A stretch of DNA of 64,000 nucleotides, from NCBI GenBank assembly GCA_013265495.1, contig MU057398.1, positions 248,001 to 312,000 of the forward strand. The letters run 5' to 3'. The notes below the pieces were generated by a model that made no database searches, was not told where the DNA came from, and was given only the letters and a program-made list of their open reading frames with translations. Positions 25,945-37,772 of the stretch are shown here, in pieces. Position numbers and translations under genes: made by a program. The stretch's first letter is position 1. Each line of letters opens with the position of its first letter. Source of the DNA: Vicugna vicugna. Taxonomy: Eukaryota.

Positions 25945-27427
25945 CTGTGCAGAGAACAGGTGAGGCTTACAGCGGCCAGGGAGCCCCTCAAGCCACGTGA
26001 TGCCCGCACACAAACGCCAGCGCCTTTCTGCCCTCGGTTAGCACAGGGTTGCTCTGCCCACACTTTTATCACTCGCCCTTCATCTACATGACTAGTGTTC
26101 AAGAGGGAAACAGTAACCAGCAGAGGAAAGAGGCCAGCTTCTAGCTGTCACCCTGATGGCCTGTCCCGCATCACTCAGCAGGACATCAAGTGTAAAGATG
26201 TGCTCTCTGCAGTCGCTGCGGAGCTCCCGGAAGCTGCAGTCATGGAAGCAGCTGCACTTCCCACCCGGGCAGCCTGGCACCTGGGACAGTCCCTGCAGCA
26301 GGGATGGCAATGCCCAGGGCTCTCATTCTGGGCCCACGGAGGTGTCTGAACACAGGGATGATGCATTCAGAAAAGCAAATGCATTTCCCAGATTGTCCTG
26401 CCTTCGTTCCAGATCTTTCTGTCCTTATTTACACCTTAAACATCCACAACACTCCCACCTATGCAAGACCTCCAAGATGTATGGGAACAGGATTTACACC
26501 CAAGTGATGAAAATTCTCTGCCGCTGACTCATCTTCCTAGCTCCTCACTCCTCTTCCAATTTCCCTGCAGACCTCCCCTCCACGCCTACTTCTAATTAGT
26601 GGTCCACACAACTTCCGCCTCTCCCCGTCCTTCCCGCTGAGCCCAGCAATTACAGGTGGACTCCAGCTGCCCTCCCTTGCTTCCCTCCCCCATTTTTCCC
26701 TTGGTCTTTCGCAGTACACCGTGAACCTGTCATGTTTACTGGGCTGGGAGTGCTTTTCCGCTACCTGTTTATTAAAAGAGAAGCGGCACAAAAGAGGCTT
26801 CTTTCCTAACAATTAGAGTTCTTGGAAAGGCTATGACCACCGCTAGTCAGTAACTTTCCACACATCGCCTTCTCCTGGGCCCCTGGGCCTCAGCAGAGCC
26901 TGCCCAGCTAGCTGGACCCCACGTGTCCCTCCGAGACAGGAACACAGCTGCTTGGGCCCAGCACTGCAAGAGACGCTCCTTAGCAACTCTGACTCAGTTT
27001 CTCACACCATCTAAAAAAGACGATTGCCCCAGATGCATGGCAGACCAACCTCTGAGGCCCACAGAGCCCAACTGGTTCGATCCACCCTGTCCAAGACTCC
27101 ACAAGAATCTTCTTTGACCCACCTCTCCAAGCTCCCTCTGCTCCAGCTGTACCCCACCCACGATGCCAGGAACTCTCTTATCCATCCCCCTCCACACTCC
27201 ATCCGGTCTTCAGGCTTCCCAAAATCTGGCCCGAGCTTCTCTTCCACAGACGCCCCAGGCTTCTGACAGCAGGCTCACTCCCTGCCTGTGCTGTTTGTGC
27301 TTCTGACCCTAGCTCAAGGCCACCCAGGCACTTCTTTCCCTGGGGGACAGGGCCAAGGGGGACCTTTCTCTGGCCTCCCACTAGAACGGACACGAGGAAT
27401 TCCTCCCAAACACCTGGAAGCTATTAC

Positions 27428-27611
27428 CTGTTGGAAACGTTGATGATGTCACGAGTACGCAGGTGCTGCTCCTCCACTTTGCCAGCCAAGTAAAGGGAAG
27501 ACATGGCGACCAAGTAGGGGTCATAGGCATCCAGGTTGATCTCGCAGAAGAACTTATGGTAAATGGTACAGGCGGTGGCGATCGGAATGGACTGCATCCC
27601 TAGCTTGACAC
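27428..27611 (-). CDS. CCNQ: CCNQ exon 2
   Basis: 184 nt, tctcggtAG / CAG|GTaata. Translates (G)[60 protein letters not shown](R), with the cyclin-box LYLAGKVEE. Confidence 0.97.
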
Positions 27612-28524
27612 CTACCGAGAGAAAGCAGGCAGGAGAGGACTTCAGGCAGCGCTCGCCCCTGCGGAAGTGCAAGGGGGGCCGCTGGGCCGGGCCCCTAGGG
27701 GTGCACAGCCCTGCTCAGACAAGACCAAGTGCTTAGCGCCTAGCTGGCGGGGGCTGCAGAGTCTCTCGCTGTGCCCTCCACCTGAGGGACTGAGAGCCAG
27801 GCTTCTCAGATTCTGATGGGCTAAGAAGCTGCTGGGGTCATGCTCCAATGCAGCACCCCCTCAGTAGCTCTGCAGATTCCACACTCCTCCCTCCCAAGTT
27901 CCCAGGCCATGGCCCAGCTACGACTGCAGAGCACACTAGGAGAAGACTGCAGACTACTGCCCAGTAAGCGCCAGGCCTCCAAGTTTCCACACGTCTCAGA
28001 ACTGAGGTGGGTGTCCACTTTCACCTTAGCATGCATTTAACTAGAGGTTGCCCCTGCCTCTGAAGCTCACCTAACCAAAATCCTGCCAAGGTGACAGGAG
28101 GAAAAAAGGCCTCTTGAGTATCAAACAGAGGCCACAAGTTCCAATGCTATAGTTCACGATGATGCTCAGTATTGGTCTACTCATCCACAATTTAGAAAAG
28201 GCAAGAAAAGCGAGCAGGATGACTGCCAAAGGCAACCATGGGCAGAGCAGGAGAAATGCGACATCTATGGCCACAGCCAGGGAAGAAGACCAACACACCG
28301 AAAAGGGCACATAACTCAAAAACCAGAGCATGGTGGGTTGATTTTAGGGTTCAAGGCCATTCCCCAGACAGCACCTAAGGAAATTATTGGGGCACAGAAC
28401 CAAAACAAATTCACAATGACCAGGGTTAACAAGAGAAGGTTAAAGGACATCCAACAGACTGAAAGAAGGTGGACAACCACCAATCAGCAGTAAGATTAAG
28501 TTCAACATCCTCTACCTCAGAGAG

Positions 28525-29022
28525 AGTACTAGCTCCATAGAGCTGCTGTAACAAATTATCACAAACTAAGAGGCTTAAAACAACACATTTTTTTTTCTCT
28601 TACAATCCTCATGGTCAGAGGTCAGAAATCAGCCTTAGGGGGCTAAGCTCAAGGTGTTGGTAGCACTGGTTCCTTCTAGAGGTCCCAGGGAACAATCCAT
28701 TTCCCTACCCTTTCCAGCTTCCAGAGGTGCCTGCAGTGTTTGGCTCGTGGCTCCTTCCTCCATCTTCAAAGCCAGCAGTGCAGCATCTTCTATCTTTCCA
28801 TCATCAGATGGCCATCTCCTCTGCCCATGCACTCCTCTGGCCTCTCTCTTTAAGGATGGGTGTGATTATATGGGGCCTACCAGATAATCTTGGATAGCTC
28901 CCTCATATCAAAATGTTTCATCCCATTTGCAAAATCTCTTTTGCTACTTGAGGTAACAGTCACAGGTTCTGGGGATTGGAATGGGGACACCTTTGGAAGA
29001 CCAGTATTTAGCCTCACACAGA
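28525..29022. mobile_element. MLT1-like MaLR LTR in CCNQ intron 1
   Basis: gctgctgtaacaaattatcacaaactaagaggcttaaaacaacac...ccttttccagcttccagaggtgcctgc...tttgcaaaatctcttttgc...cacaggttctggggatt. Confidence 0.8.
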
Positions 29023-29899
29023 GGGCAAGGGCATTGCAATACATTTTATAAAGAAGTCCTTCAAAAGTGACATCTAAAGTGCTTTTAGCATTTCAAGTTT
29101 TAAACTTCAGTTACACAGACAGTTCTTACATGGGACCCCTCATTCTCAGAGATGTCAGATTAGGTTGTATTGCTGCACGAGACCATCCAAGTCTTTTTCT
29201 ACATAGCAAACTCGCGAAGGGCAGCATGCTTCTCTGGTTTACACGGACCCTCCAAGCAGATGCAGGGCAGCGTTATAAGGGGACACTGCCATCCTTCCTT
29301 ATATACTTGGCAACTCTTCTTGGAAATTAAATGTACAAATCACTGGGAGTAATGATCCTGCATCATTCCTCTAGACTCTTCCCACCTTGACTCGAAAGCC
29401 AACTCACCCAAATCCCTCTCCCCTAGAGTGCACACAAGTAACAAAGATCAGAAACAAAGTATCTGCCAGTGGAGAAAGATACTACTCATAGGCAAACAGT
29501 GTTTCTACAGGAATCCAATTGGCTTCATTGTATCGCCTTGGGAGCAGGGGCGCCCAATACGACGGTGGACGCCCTGGCATCGTTCAAAACGGGAGCTGCG
29601 CCCTGGGTGCTTGGTGTGATGGGACCTCGTTAACAAGGCTTGTCACAAGCCTCATCGACGGCGTGCTCCAAAATCCTCCGTGAGACCAAGTGCCAATGTC
29701 CCCGTATGCTGGGAGACAGATGTGGCAGAAGGCGAGGTACACTCAACCCAGATACGGACGCCCCGACTCCTCCACCTTCTAGCTGGAGCTAGGCGCTTTC
29801 CACGTCTTCTCTTTGGACCTACACGCCCGAAAGGGAAATGACAATGTCCGCCTCTGCCTCGCATCTCAACCTAGGACACAGGGTGTGGCGGAAAGGCAG

Positions 29900-30870
29900 A
29901 GGTCGAGACCCCTGAGCTGGGGCTCCCAGCCTCCGCTAGGACCGGGCAGGCCCGGTCTCTTGCCTCCGCTCAGCCGTGCCAGCTCCGCATCTGGCGGGTC
30001 CCCTCTTTCGGGAAGCGAGTCCCCGCAACACCAGCCTCTGCCCGCCCGCTCGGCCGGCTTAGTGAAAGTGCAGCACTGCAGCTCCGGCCTCCACGTCCCG
30101 TCCGCGCGGGGGACCTCTCCCTCTTCCAGGTGGCGATTACCTGCCTCCATGATGAACCTCGTCACTCGGAAGTGCACCCTTGCTTCGGGTGCCGGCCGTC
30201 CATCGTCACCCGGCGTCTCGCCCCCTCCTCCGCAGGTTCCCGGGCCAAAGGCCTCCATGAGGCCCCGCCCCACGGTGGCCAGACCCCCCACCGGAAGGAG
30301 AAGCGTTCCCAACAGGCGGAGGTCAGCTCCCGGGGTCCTCGCGGCGGGAGCAGAGGACCCGCCCTAGCCCGCCCCGGCTTGCCCGCCCCCAACTCCCCCA
30401 CCCGCCTAGGTGAGCGCGCGCAGCTCTAGGAGAACGCGGGTCCGGCTGAGTGCGCAGGCGCAAGCTCAAGCGCAGGCTCGGAGACCGACGCTGCCTGGAG
30501 GCTGGCGTATGCCTGCCCCGCCCGCTGATGCGGCACACCGCGCCCCTGGACCCTTCATGCCTCGAACTAGAGAGCCGACGCTCCGCCCCTGCACGCCGGA
30601 CGCAACCCGCCCCGCCCCTGGAGGCGCACGCTCCGCCCTTGGGAGCCTCACGGCCCCGCCCCCTGGGGAAACGGCAGCCGGAACCCGCGAGGGTACTCCT
30701 CCAGGGCGCAGCGAGCTCGCCGTCCGGGGACCAGGGCACAAAAGTACCCCCGAGCACCTGAGCTGCAAGTCCCTGCAGTCTGACTAAGGTGTTGCTCCTG
30801 GCTGGTGGCCCCCCGTAGTTTAGGACGGGAAGACCTGACTGTGGCGGCCGAGCCGGGTCGGGGGTGGGGA
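29900..30870. promoter_or_regulatory. CpG island / CCNQ promoter
   Basis: Dense CpG and GC content across exon 1, several GC boxes (ccgccc, 30359-30405), an NRF1-type TGCGCAGGCGCA at 30451-30462 and an ETS-like CCGGAAG at 30291. Confidence 0.88.
30141..30258 (-). CDS. CCNQ: CCNQ exon 1 (coding part); cyclin Q / cyclin M / FAM58A, CDK10 partner; spliced CDS 753 nt, 250 aa
   Basis: ATG at 30258, [39 protein letters not shown](G), donor CAG|GTaatc. Exons sum to 118+184+133+228+90=753 nt with no internal stop. Confidence 0.95.
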
Positions 30871-31424
30871 GGGGGTGTTGCCTACCAGACCTCAAGCTGA
30901 GGCGTCAGTGGCTCCCAACAGAAGGCATGGGATTCCATGTCAGTATTCGTAAAACCCGAATCCAGGTTTGCCAGAGTTTCCCACACCTACAGATAAGCCC
31001 CGAAGGAAGGGCTGTACACAGAATAAGGGCCTTAGGGTTGTTTGTGTCGGAGTTTCCAGCTGCCCTGCATCCCTAGGGCATCTGGTTGCTGCTCGCCTTT
31101 CCAGCCTGACACTCAGTAGAAACTTAATACATGTTTGCTGAATGAACATTGTTGAATATCCAACTCCCAATGCCATCCCGCATTTCCTCTGTGTCCAACA
31201 GTAGGGAATTGTGCATCAGGCATTAGGGATGGAGAACAGCAAAAGGACTCCTAAGCTAGTGACAGTCACTCTGGTCATTCTGGTACAGTCAGACAATTGG
31301 TATGTTTTGAGAGGAAAAAGCCACCCCCTCTCACCTACCCAGGCCAACGTTGATTCTCTTCCGCAGCTCCCATTCCTCTACTCAGCTCCACTCCCCCCCA
31401 GGCCTCTCTCCACACCAGCTGGGT

Positions 31425-31650
31425 TGGTATCCTATGCTGCTGTAACAAAGGACCAATAAACTAGGTGGCTTAAAACAGTAGAGCTTTACCCTCTCACAGT
31501 CCTGGAGGCCAGATGTCAATTTGCAGTCCTTAACTGAATTACATCTGTGAATCTGCAAAGACCCTTTTGCCAAATAAGGTCACGTTCACAAGGTTCCATG
31601 GATCAGAACATAGACCCATCTTTTAGGGGGACTGCCAAAGCCCACAACAC
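31425..31650. mobile_element. MLT1-like LTR fragment
   Basis: gctgctgtaacaaaggaccaataaactaggtggcttaaaacag...atctgcaaagacccttttgccaaataaggtcacgttcacaagg. Confidence 0.75.
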
Positions 31651-32124
31651 CAGTCACCAAAATTGGCCCCCAAAAACTTAAGGCTGAGCAGACCCTGCCC
31701 TCCATAACACCCTCCAGGGCCCCGTCCCCTCCAGAGAAAGCCCAAGGCCTTAGCCTGACATGCTAGTCCAGTGGAGTCACCCTGTTGACTGGCCACTCCT
31801 GGCAAAGGCCTTGGGCAGCTCCCTGAAGCCCGAGGTCTTCACATATGCTCTGCCCAGTGAAGGAATTCCTGCCCTGCGTCCATCTCCCCACGTGTGCTGT
31901 CCAAGGCAAGGGGCAGGCACTCTGGGCTGAGTAGTGCTGTGCGTGTGTGCATGTGTGGAGGGGCTCAGGGGCCCCAGCCTCCTGTGCTGCTGACCTCTGT
32001 CATACCTTGAACACTCTGTCACTGCTGTCTGTCCCTGGGCTGGGAGCAGCTCCACCGCCTCCCTGCTTGAAGGGCCTGTGGATCTTAGGAAATGAGACCA
32101 CTGCCTCCCAGCTTCCCACATTCA

Positions 32125-32250
32125 TGCACAATGCACACGCCCCCTCCAACACACGCACACACAGATGCACACACTCACACACACACGTCAGACACTCCCC
32201 TCACATACACTGGGGTGCACACATGCATACACACACATGCACACACCCAA
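32125..32250. repeat. Degenerate (CA)n-rich simple repeat
   Basis: acacgcacacacagatgcacacactcacacacacacg...acacacatgcacacac. Confidence 0.8.
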
Positions 32251-33334
32251 ACCGTATCATTCTTCTCTCTGGCCCCTGGCCAGTGGCCTACCTGTCACTT
32301 CCTCACCCACTGGGTTTGCTGGTTAAACAGCGCCGCTGGGACTCCTCATTCTCCCCAGGGCCTTCTGTGGTGTGAGGAGTCTGGGCTCAGCAAGTCGTAG
32401 GTGCCTGTGAATGCGAGTAGAAGGAATGACTCAATGAACACATTAATTTTTAAAGCGCCGGGTCACAGGGCACCCTCCTGGCAAGCAGCCTGGGCTCAGT
32501 GGTTGATAAATGAATAATTCACCAGCCGCCAATTGGAGCCAGCAAACCTCTAGGCAGCGCCTACTCTCCCACGGGCAAGCCACACCCACCACCTGGGGCC
32601 CCGCCCCCTTCCCTGCCACAGGTCACCACTACCAAAGGCGGCATCTCCTCTCTCATCCCCACTACCCCAACTTCACCTGGGGCTCATCTCCAGGCCTAGC
32701 ACAGAGAAGAGGGTCAATAAAGGTGGGGCGGACGATCATATCCGAAGAGGATTCTATGATGTTCGCCAATGCCTTCTTATCGACCCCCGACTGTGTGCCT
32801 CCCGACACTCAGTAACCGGCAGCCTCCTTCTCACTGTGGCACTATCATCTAATGAGTGAGTGAGTGATTGAGTCAGGCTGAAGGTCAGAGGATGAGGCAG
32901 AGAAGGGGGAGAGGCATTTGGGATGCAAAGGAAAGCCCGTGCCCAGGCAGGGCCTAGGGAAAGCCAAGGGGGTCTTCAAAGGCAAGGGTGGTTTCCAGAG
33001 TGCGTGCCTTCCCACCTCCTCCCCAGTGGCCTTCCCCCACCAGTCAGTTGAAAAGCAGCCTGGTCCAGGTCCAATCCTACCACTTGTCCTTGGAATCTTC
33101 TCACTCCACTGTCACCCTGGCTTCCCCCTCCTCCTTCTCACCACAGGCAAGTCCAGCAGCCTCCCTCAGGGTCCCCCTTCCTGCCCTCACTGCCCTTTGC
33201 CCACCCACCCTTCTCAACGCCACATCCCTGAAGCCACTGGTGTCCCTGGATTCCATGCTTTGCCCTTGGCTCCCCGTATACGACCTTGCCCGCAGTAGAC
33301 TGTCCCGTCACCCCACCCTCACCCCTGTCCTCCT

Positions 33335-33670
33335 CTTAGTCCACTCAGGTTGGGGGCCCTATAAACTGCAGACATTGGTTTCTCACAGTGCTGGAGGCTG
33401 GAAGTCCAAGATCAGGGTGCCAGTGTGGTTAGGTTCTGGTGAGGATCCTCTTCTGGGTTGCAATGGCCAACTTCTTGCTGTGTCCTCACGTGGTGGAGAG
33501 GGTGAGGGACCTCTCTGGAAACTTTTTATAAAGACACTGATTCCAGGAGGGCTCTGCCTAATCACATCCCAGAGGCCCCACCTCCCAATACCGCCACCTT
33601 GGGCATTGGAACCTTATCATATGAGTTGGCGGTGGGAGTTGGGGGTAGGGACACATTCAGAGCAGAGCAT
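33335..33670. mobile_element. MLT1-like LTR fragment
   Basis: ttctcacagtgctggaggctggaagtccaagatcagggtgccag...ggttctggtgagg...taatcacatcccagaggccccacctcc. Confidence 0.8.
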
Positions 33671-34599
33671 TCACCAAGGTCATGAGCAGCAGCACTCGTT
33701 GCAGTTGACCACTTGATAATAAAGGCTCTGGCTCTGTACTTTGGTGTCTGACCGCCGTCCCCTTGTGCCCCGAATCTGATTAGACAACCCAAGGGCTCCC
33801 TCCTTTGGCACCAGAGGGGAGTCCAAACCCCACACAAGACCCCTCACCCCAACCACGACAAACAGCCCTGCCAGTGTCCTTTCTGTGCCCCCTCAAGCCC
33901 TTTTCCCACCATCTTGGGAACCCCACCTGCTCTCGCCCGGGAAGCCTCAGTATAGAAGTAAGGAACCTTTTCACAACCCCTCGGTGGGTGTGGCGCCATC
34001 AGTCTCCACATCCAAACCAAGTCTGAGGTGGGGCTCCATCCTGTTTCCGCAAAGTGACAACAACACCCCCGCTCCTGCCCCAAACGCTTTCCTCTGGTGG
34101 ATTCCTGGATTCTGGCCCCCTCGTCCAGGCTCCCTTCCTCCCTCCTGTGTTGACCGAGAGCCCAGGGGGCCAGGCTCAGGCCCGGTGCTGGGACAAAGCA
34201 GACAAGGTGTTCCTTCAGTCAGTCTCCTCGCCCTCCTCCCCAACCTCTCACACTCCAGACAGAGTGACCTTTGTAAAACCAATGTCTGACCTGGGTTTCC
34301 TTCTCCAAGTCCCGAGAACCATGCCAACTGCCAAGATGCAGCTCTATTTACCTCGTGAGTAGGGGTTTGGTTTTACTAAAGATGGTAGAAGTGGCCTCAC
34401 ACGTGGGGACAGTGGTGGGATTGTGGTTCTTGGTTCATCTACTGCCTGGCATTACTTCCTTTTAAGTAAAAGAGTTTTGAGTAAAAAACAGACTCAGAGA
34501 GAGCGAAACGGAGTGAGCTCTGAGCGTCCACGGGCTCTCAGGTGCGACCAGGTGGGACCGCGGAAGAAGTGCTGACTCAGAAAACCCGTCCAGCAAGTG

Positions 34600-34850
34600 G
34601 GATGCACGAACAGCTGCTATGAATTCTGAGACAGAAAGTGAATGAGTGGGGGCCACAGACTGGGGGAGCAATGAGGGTGACTGCGAATGGGGACAGGGGA
34701 GGGGTGATGAAAAGTTTCTGGGATTAGATGCTGGTGATGGTTGCACAACTCTGCAGATGTTTTAAAGAAAAACGTTGAATTGTACAGTTTCCATGAGTGA
34801 GTTTTATAGTATGTGAATTATATCTCAACAAAGCTGTGTTTTTTAGAAAT
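34600..34850 (+). mobile_element. L1MB-like 3' terminus
   Basis: ggggtgatgaaaagtttctgggattagatgctggtgatggttgcacaactctg...gtgaattatatctcaacaaagctgt. Confidence 0.75.
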
Positions 34851-35621
34851 TATCATGGATGATTGTGCCGTCAAGGACCAAGCCCTCCGGTGGGGAGAAG
34901 GGGTTTCAAAAAAAGAGCCAGGAGGCTGACCAGCAAAGAAAATCAGAGGGTGGAGCAGTGCTGACAGAAGCCGGGCACTTCTTCAAAGAGCAGAGACTCT
35001 ACGGGGACAAGGCCCACGAGGACATCAGCAGTGGGACAGCTGCCGTGAGGGTGGTGATCCTGTGCCACAGAAAGGCTCAGGGACCCTAGGGACCCTGAAG
35101 ACCAAGAAGACAGAAAGGACAAGAAGGTGCAGGGAAGACCCATGGGGGTGCCCTCAAAGTCCTGAAATGGGGCAAATGGTGTCAGTTCTGCAACACAACA
35201 CTCTGCTGTGCAGAGCCCCTTGGGGAGGGGAGCTTGAGTAGATGGTTGGAGATGCAGGAACACCCAGGCCTGGGGGTGCTGGCACAGAACTCTGCTCTAA
35301 AGTTCCACACAACCAGGGTCCGACAGCCAGAGTGGGGCTGAAGGAGACATCTTGACCTGAGACCATCTCACAGGTGGCCTCCTTGACCTTTAAGCCATGT
35401 GAAGATGGGAACAGGGCTTAGAGTGATGTGGCCACAAGCTGAGGGATGCCTGGAACCATCAGCTGCTGGAGGAGACAAGGGAGGGTGATGAGATATTCAA
35501 TGGGGAAAAAATAGTCTCTTCAACAAATGGTGCTGGGACAACCGGTAGCCACACACCAAAGAATGAAGTTGGACCCCCCTACCTCACACCATATAGAAAA
35601 ATTAAGTCAAAATAGACAATA

Positions 35622-35659
35622 GCATTGGTCGTATAGTGGTGAGCATAGCTGCCTTCCAA
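35622..35659 (+). pseudogene. Tailless retrocopy of the 5' half of tRNA-Gly(TCC)
   Basis: GCATTGGTCGTATAGTGGTGAGCATAGCTGCCTTCCAA differs at 2 of 38 positions from the recalled tRNA-Gly-TCC 5' end and is flanked by the perfect direct repeat CAAAATAGACAATA (35608-35621, 35657-35670). Confidence 0.88.
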
Positions 35660-36147
35660 AATAGACAATAAACCTAAGGATAAGAGCTAAAACTATAAAA
35701 CTCTTAAAAATAGGCATGGATCTTTATCAACTTGGATGAGGCAATGGTTTCTTAGCTATTATACCAATAAATAACATAAGCAACCAAAGAAAAAAGAGAT
35801 AAATTGTACTTCATCAAAATTAAACAGTTCTGTGCTTTAAAGAACACCACCAAGAAAGTGAAGAAACAATTCACTGAATGGGAGAACCCATCTACAAAGC
35901 ATATAGGCAATAAGTGACTTGGGTCTAGAATATGTGAAGAACCATTACAACTCAATAATAAAAAGACAAATAACCCAATTAAAAAGGGGCAAACGGTCTG
36001 AACAGACATGTCTCTGAAGATGTATACAGTGTGCTATGAGTTCATGAAAAGATGATCATCACTTGACATTAAGGTAATGCAACTCAAATCTACCTGATAC
36101 CACCTCACACCAACTTGGGTACCTGTAATTACAAAGAGATAATAACA

Positions 36148-36334
36148 CAGGGAATTATGTACAAGATCTTGTGGTAGCTCACAGCAAAAAACAAAATGTG
36201 ACAATGAATATATGTATGTCCGTGTATAACTGAAAAATTGTGCTCTACACTGGAATTTGACACAACATTGTAAAATGACTATAACTCAATAAAAAAATGT
36301 TAAAATAAATAAATAAATAAATATTTTTAAAAAG
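36148..36334 (+). mobile_element. Younger, heavily 5'-truncated L1 3' end nested in the older L1
   Basis: L1 terminus (gacacaacattgtaaaatgactataactcaataaaaaa) + (TAAA)n tail, bracketed by perfect TSD AGAGATAATAACA (36135-36147, 36335-36347). Confidence 0.85.
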
Positions 36335-37019
36335 AGAGATAATAACAAGAGTTGTCAAGGATGTGGAGAAATTGGAGAAATTCCCACGTTGCTGGTGGGA
36401 ATGTAAAATGGTGCAGCCGATATGGAAAAGTTTTGATAGTTAAACATGGAGTTACCATATGCCCCAGCAATTCCATCCCTAGGTGTACACCCAAGAGAAA
36501 TGAAAGCATGTGTCCACACAAAATCTTGTACATGAATACTCACAGCAGATTTATTCCTGATGGTCAAAAGTGGAAATAGCCCAGTGGCCATTAATAGATG
36601 ACTGGATAAACAGAATGTGGTCTATCCATGCAATGGAGTATTATTTGGCCATAAAAAGGAATGAAGTACTGAGATAGGCTACAACACGGATGAACTTTGA
36701 AAACATTGTACCAAGTCAAAGAAGCCAGACGCAAAAGGTCACACATTTTATGATTCCTGTTGTATGAAGAGTGAGGATAGGCAAATCCGTGGAGACAGGA
36801 GATTCAGGGTTGCCGGGGGCTGGGGGGAGGGGCACTGGGGAGTGACTACTTAGTGGGTATGAGCTTTCTTTTGCTGGTGATGAAAGTGTTCTGGAATAAG
36901 ATGGGGTGATGGTTGCACAACCACATGGTGATAGTAGCGAATATTCTAAAGCCATTGACTTGTGCACTTTAGATGGGTGAGTTGATATGTAAATTGTATC
37001 TCAGTAAAGTTGTATTTTT

Positions 37020-37147
37020 TGTTGTTTTGGGGGGCGCAGTAATTAGGCTTATTTATTTAATTTTTTTTAATGGAGGGACTGGGGATTGCACCCAGGACCT
37101 CATGCATGCTAAGCACGTGATCTAACTGAGCTATACCCTCCCCCCAC
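37020..37147 (-). mobile_element. Vic-1-like tRNA-derived SINE
   Basis: Reverse complement begins ggggagggtatagctcag...gtgcttagcatgcatgaggtcctgggt; flanked by CAGTAAAG(T/C)TGTATTTTT at 37002 and 37148. Confidence 0.85.
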
Positions 37148-37419
37148 CAGTAAAGCTGTATTTTTTTAACGGAAGCCAGAAGAGAATGCTTAAATTGTTA
37201 CTTCTCTGGGGTAAAGGAGTTGTCCTGAGTGAAGGCCACAGCGTGTGTCTCAGAGACACTGTATGAAGACACCAGACACTGACCTCGGGCTATCTGGCTG
37301 TCACACTATAGTTACGTAAGGGATCATCATGGAGGAACCTGGGGAAAGGCACTCAGTACCTCTCTGGGCTGTCTCAGGAACTTCTTGTCAATCTATAATA
37401 ATCTCAAAATGAAAACAAA

Positions 37420-37772
37420 AGGTGTCAGATGGGCCTGGGCTCTTATCTGGGGGCTCTGGAATATTCTGTTTCCAAGTTCATTCAGGTTGTTGGCAGAATC
37501 CATTTCCTTGAGGCTGAGGGACTGAGTTCCGTTTCCTTGACTCCTGGCCCCTTCATCTCCAAGGTAGTAATGAAGCTCTGCTTGTTAAGGGCTCCTGTGA
37601 TGACACTGGGCCCAGCCAATAAGCCAGGCTGATCTATCTCTGTTCAAGTCAATTGGTTGGTAACAGCATTAATTACATCTGCAAAGTCTCCTCAGCCATG
37701 CAGTGTGATATATTCATGGGAGTGACATCAGAGGGCAAAAGTCGCAGGAGCCAAAATTCAGCCTACCACGAG
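37420..37772. mobile_element. MLT1-like LTR fragment
   Basis: ttccaagttcattcaggttgttggcagaatccatttccttg...ttaattacatctgcaaagtctc...aaaattcagcctaccac. Confidence 0.7.

Larger units (their letters stand above)
35490..37015 (+). mobile_element. Old L1 (L1MB-like) ORF2 end plus 3' UTR, host to nested insertions
   Basis: tcttcaacaaatggtgctgggacaac...cctcacaccatatagaaaaatt...ggatgtggagaaattgga...cagcaattccatccctaggt...ggttgcacaac...tgtatctcagtaaag. Confidence 0.9.

Noticed and set aside
29866..30140. ORF continuing past CCNQ exon 1
   Set aside because: Lies beyond a good CAG|GTAAT donor in GC-rich intron 1, where stops are rare.
30259..30312. N-terminal extension [10 protein letters not shown].. 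of the CCNQ exon 1 ORF
   Set aside because: Starts at a TTG called by the ORF finder; the first in-frame ATG is 30258, which fits the known MEA.. start.
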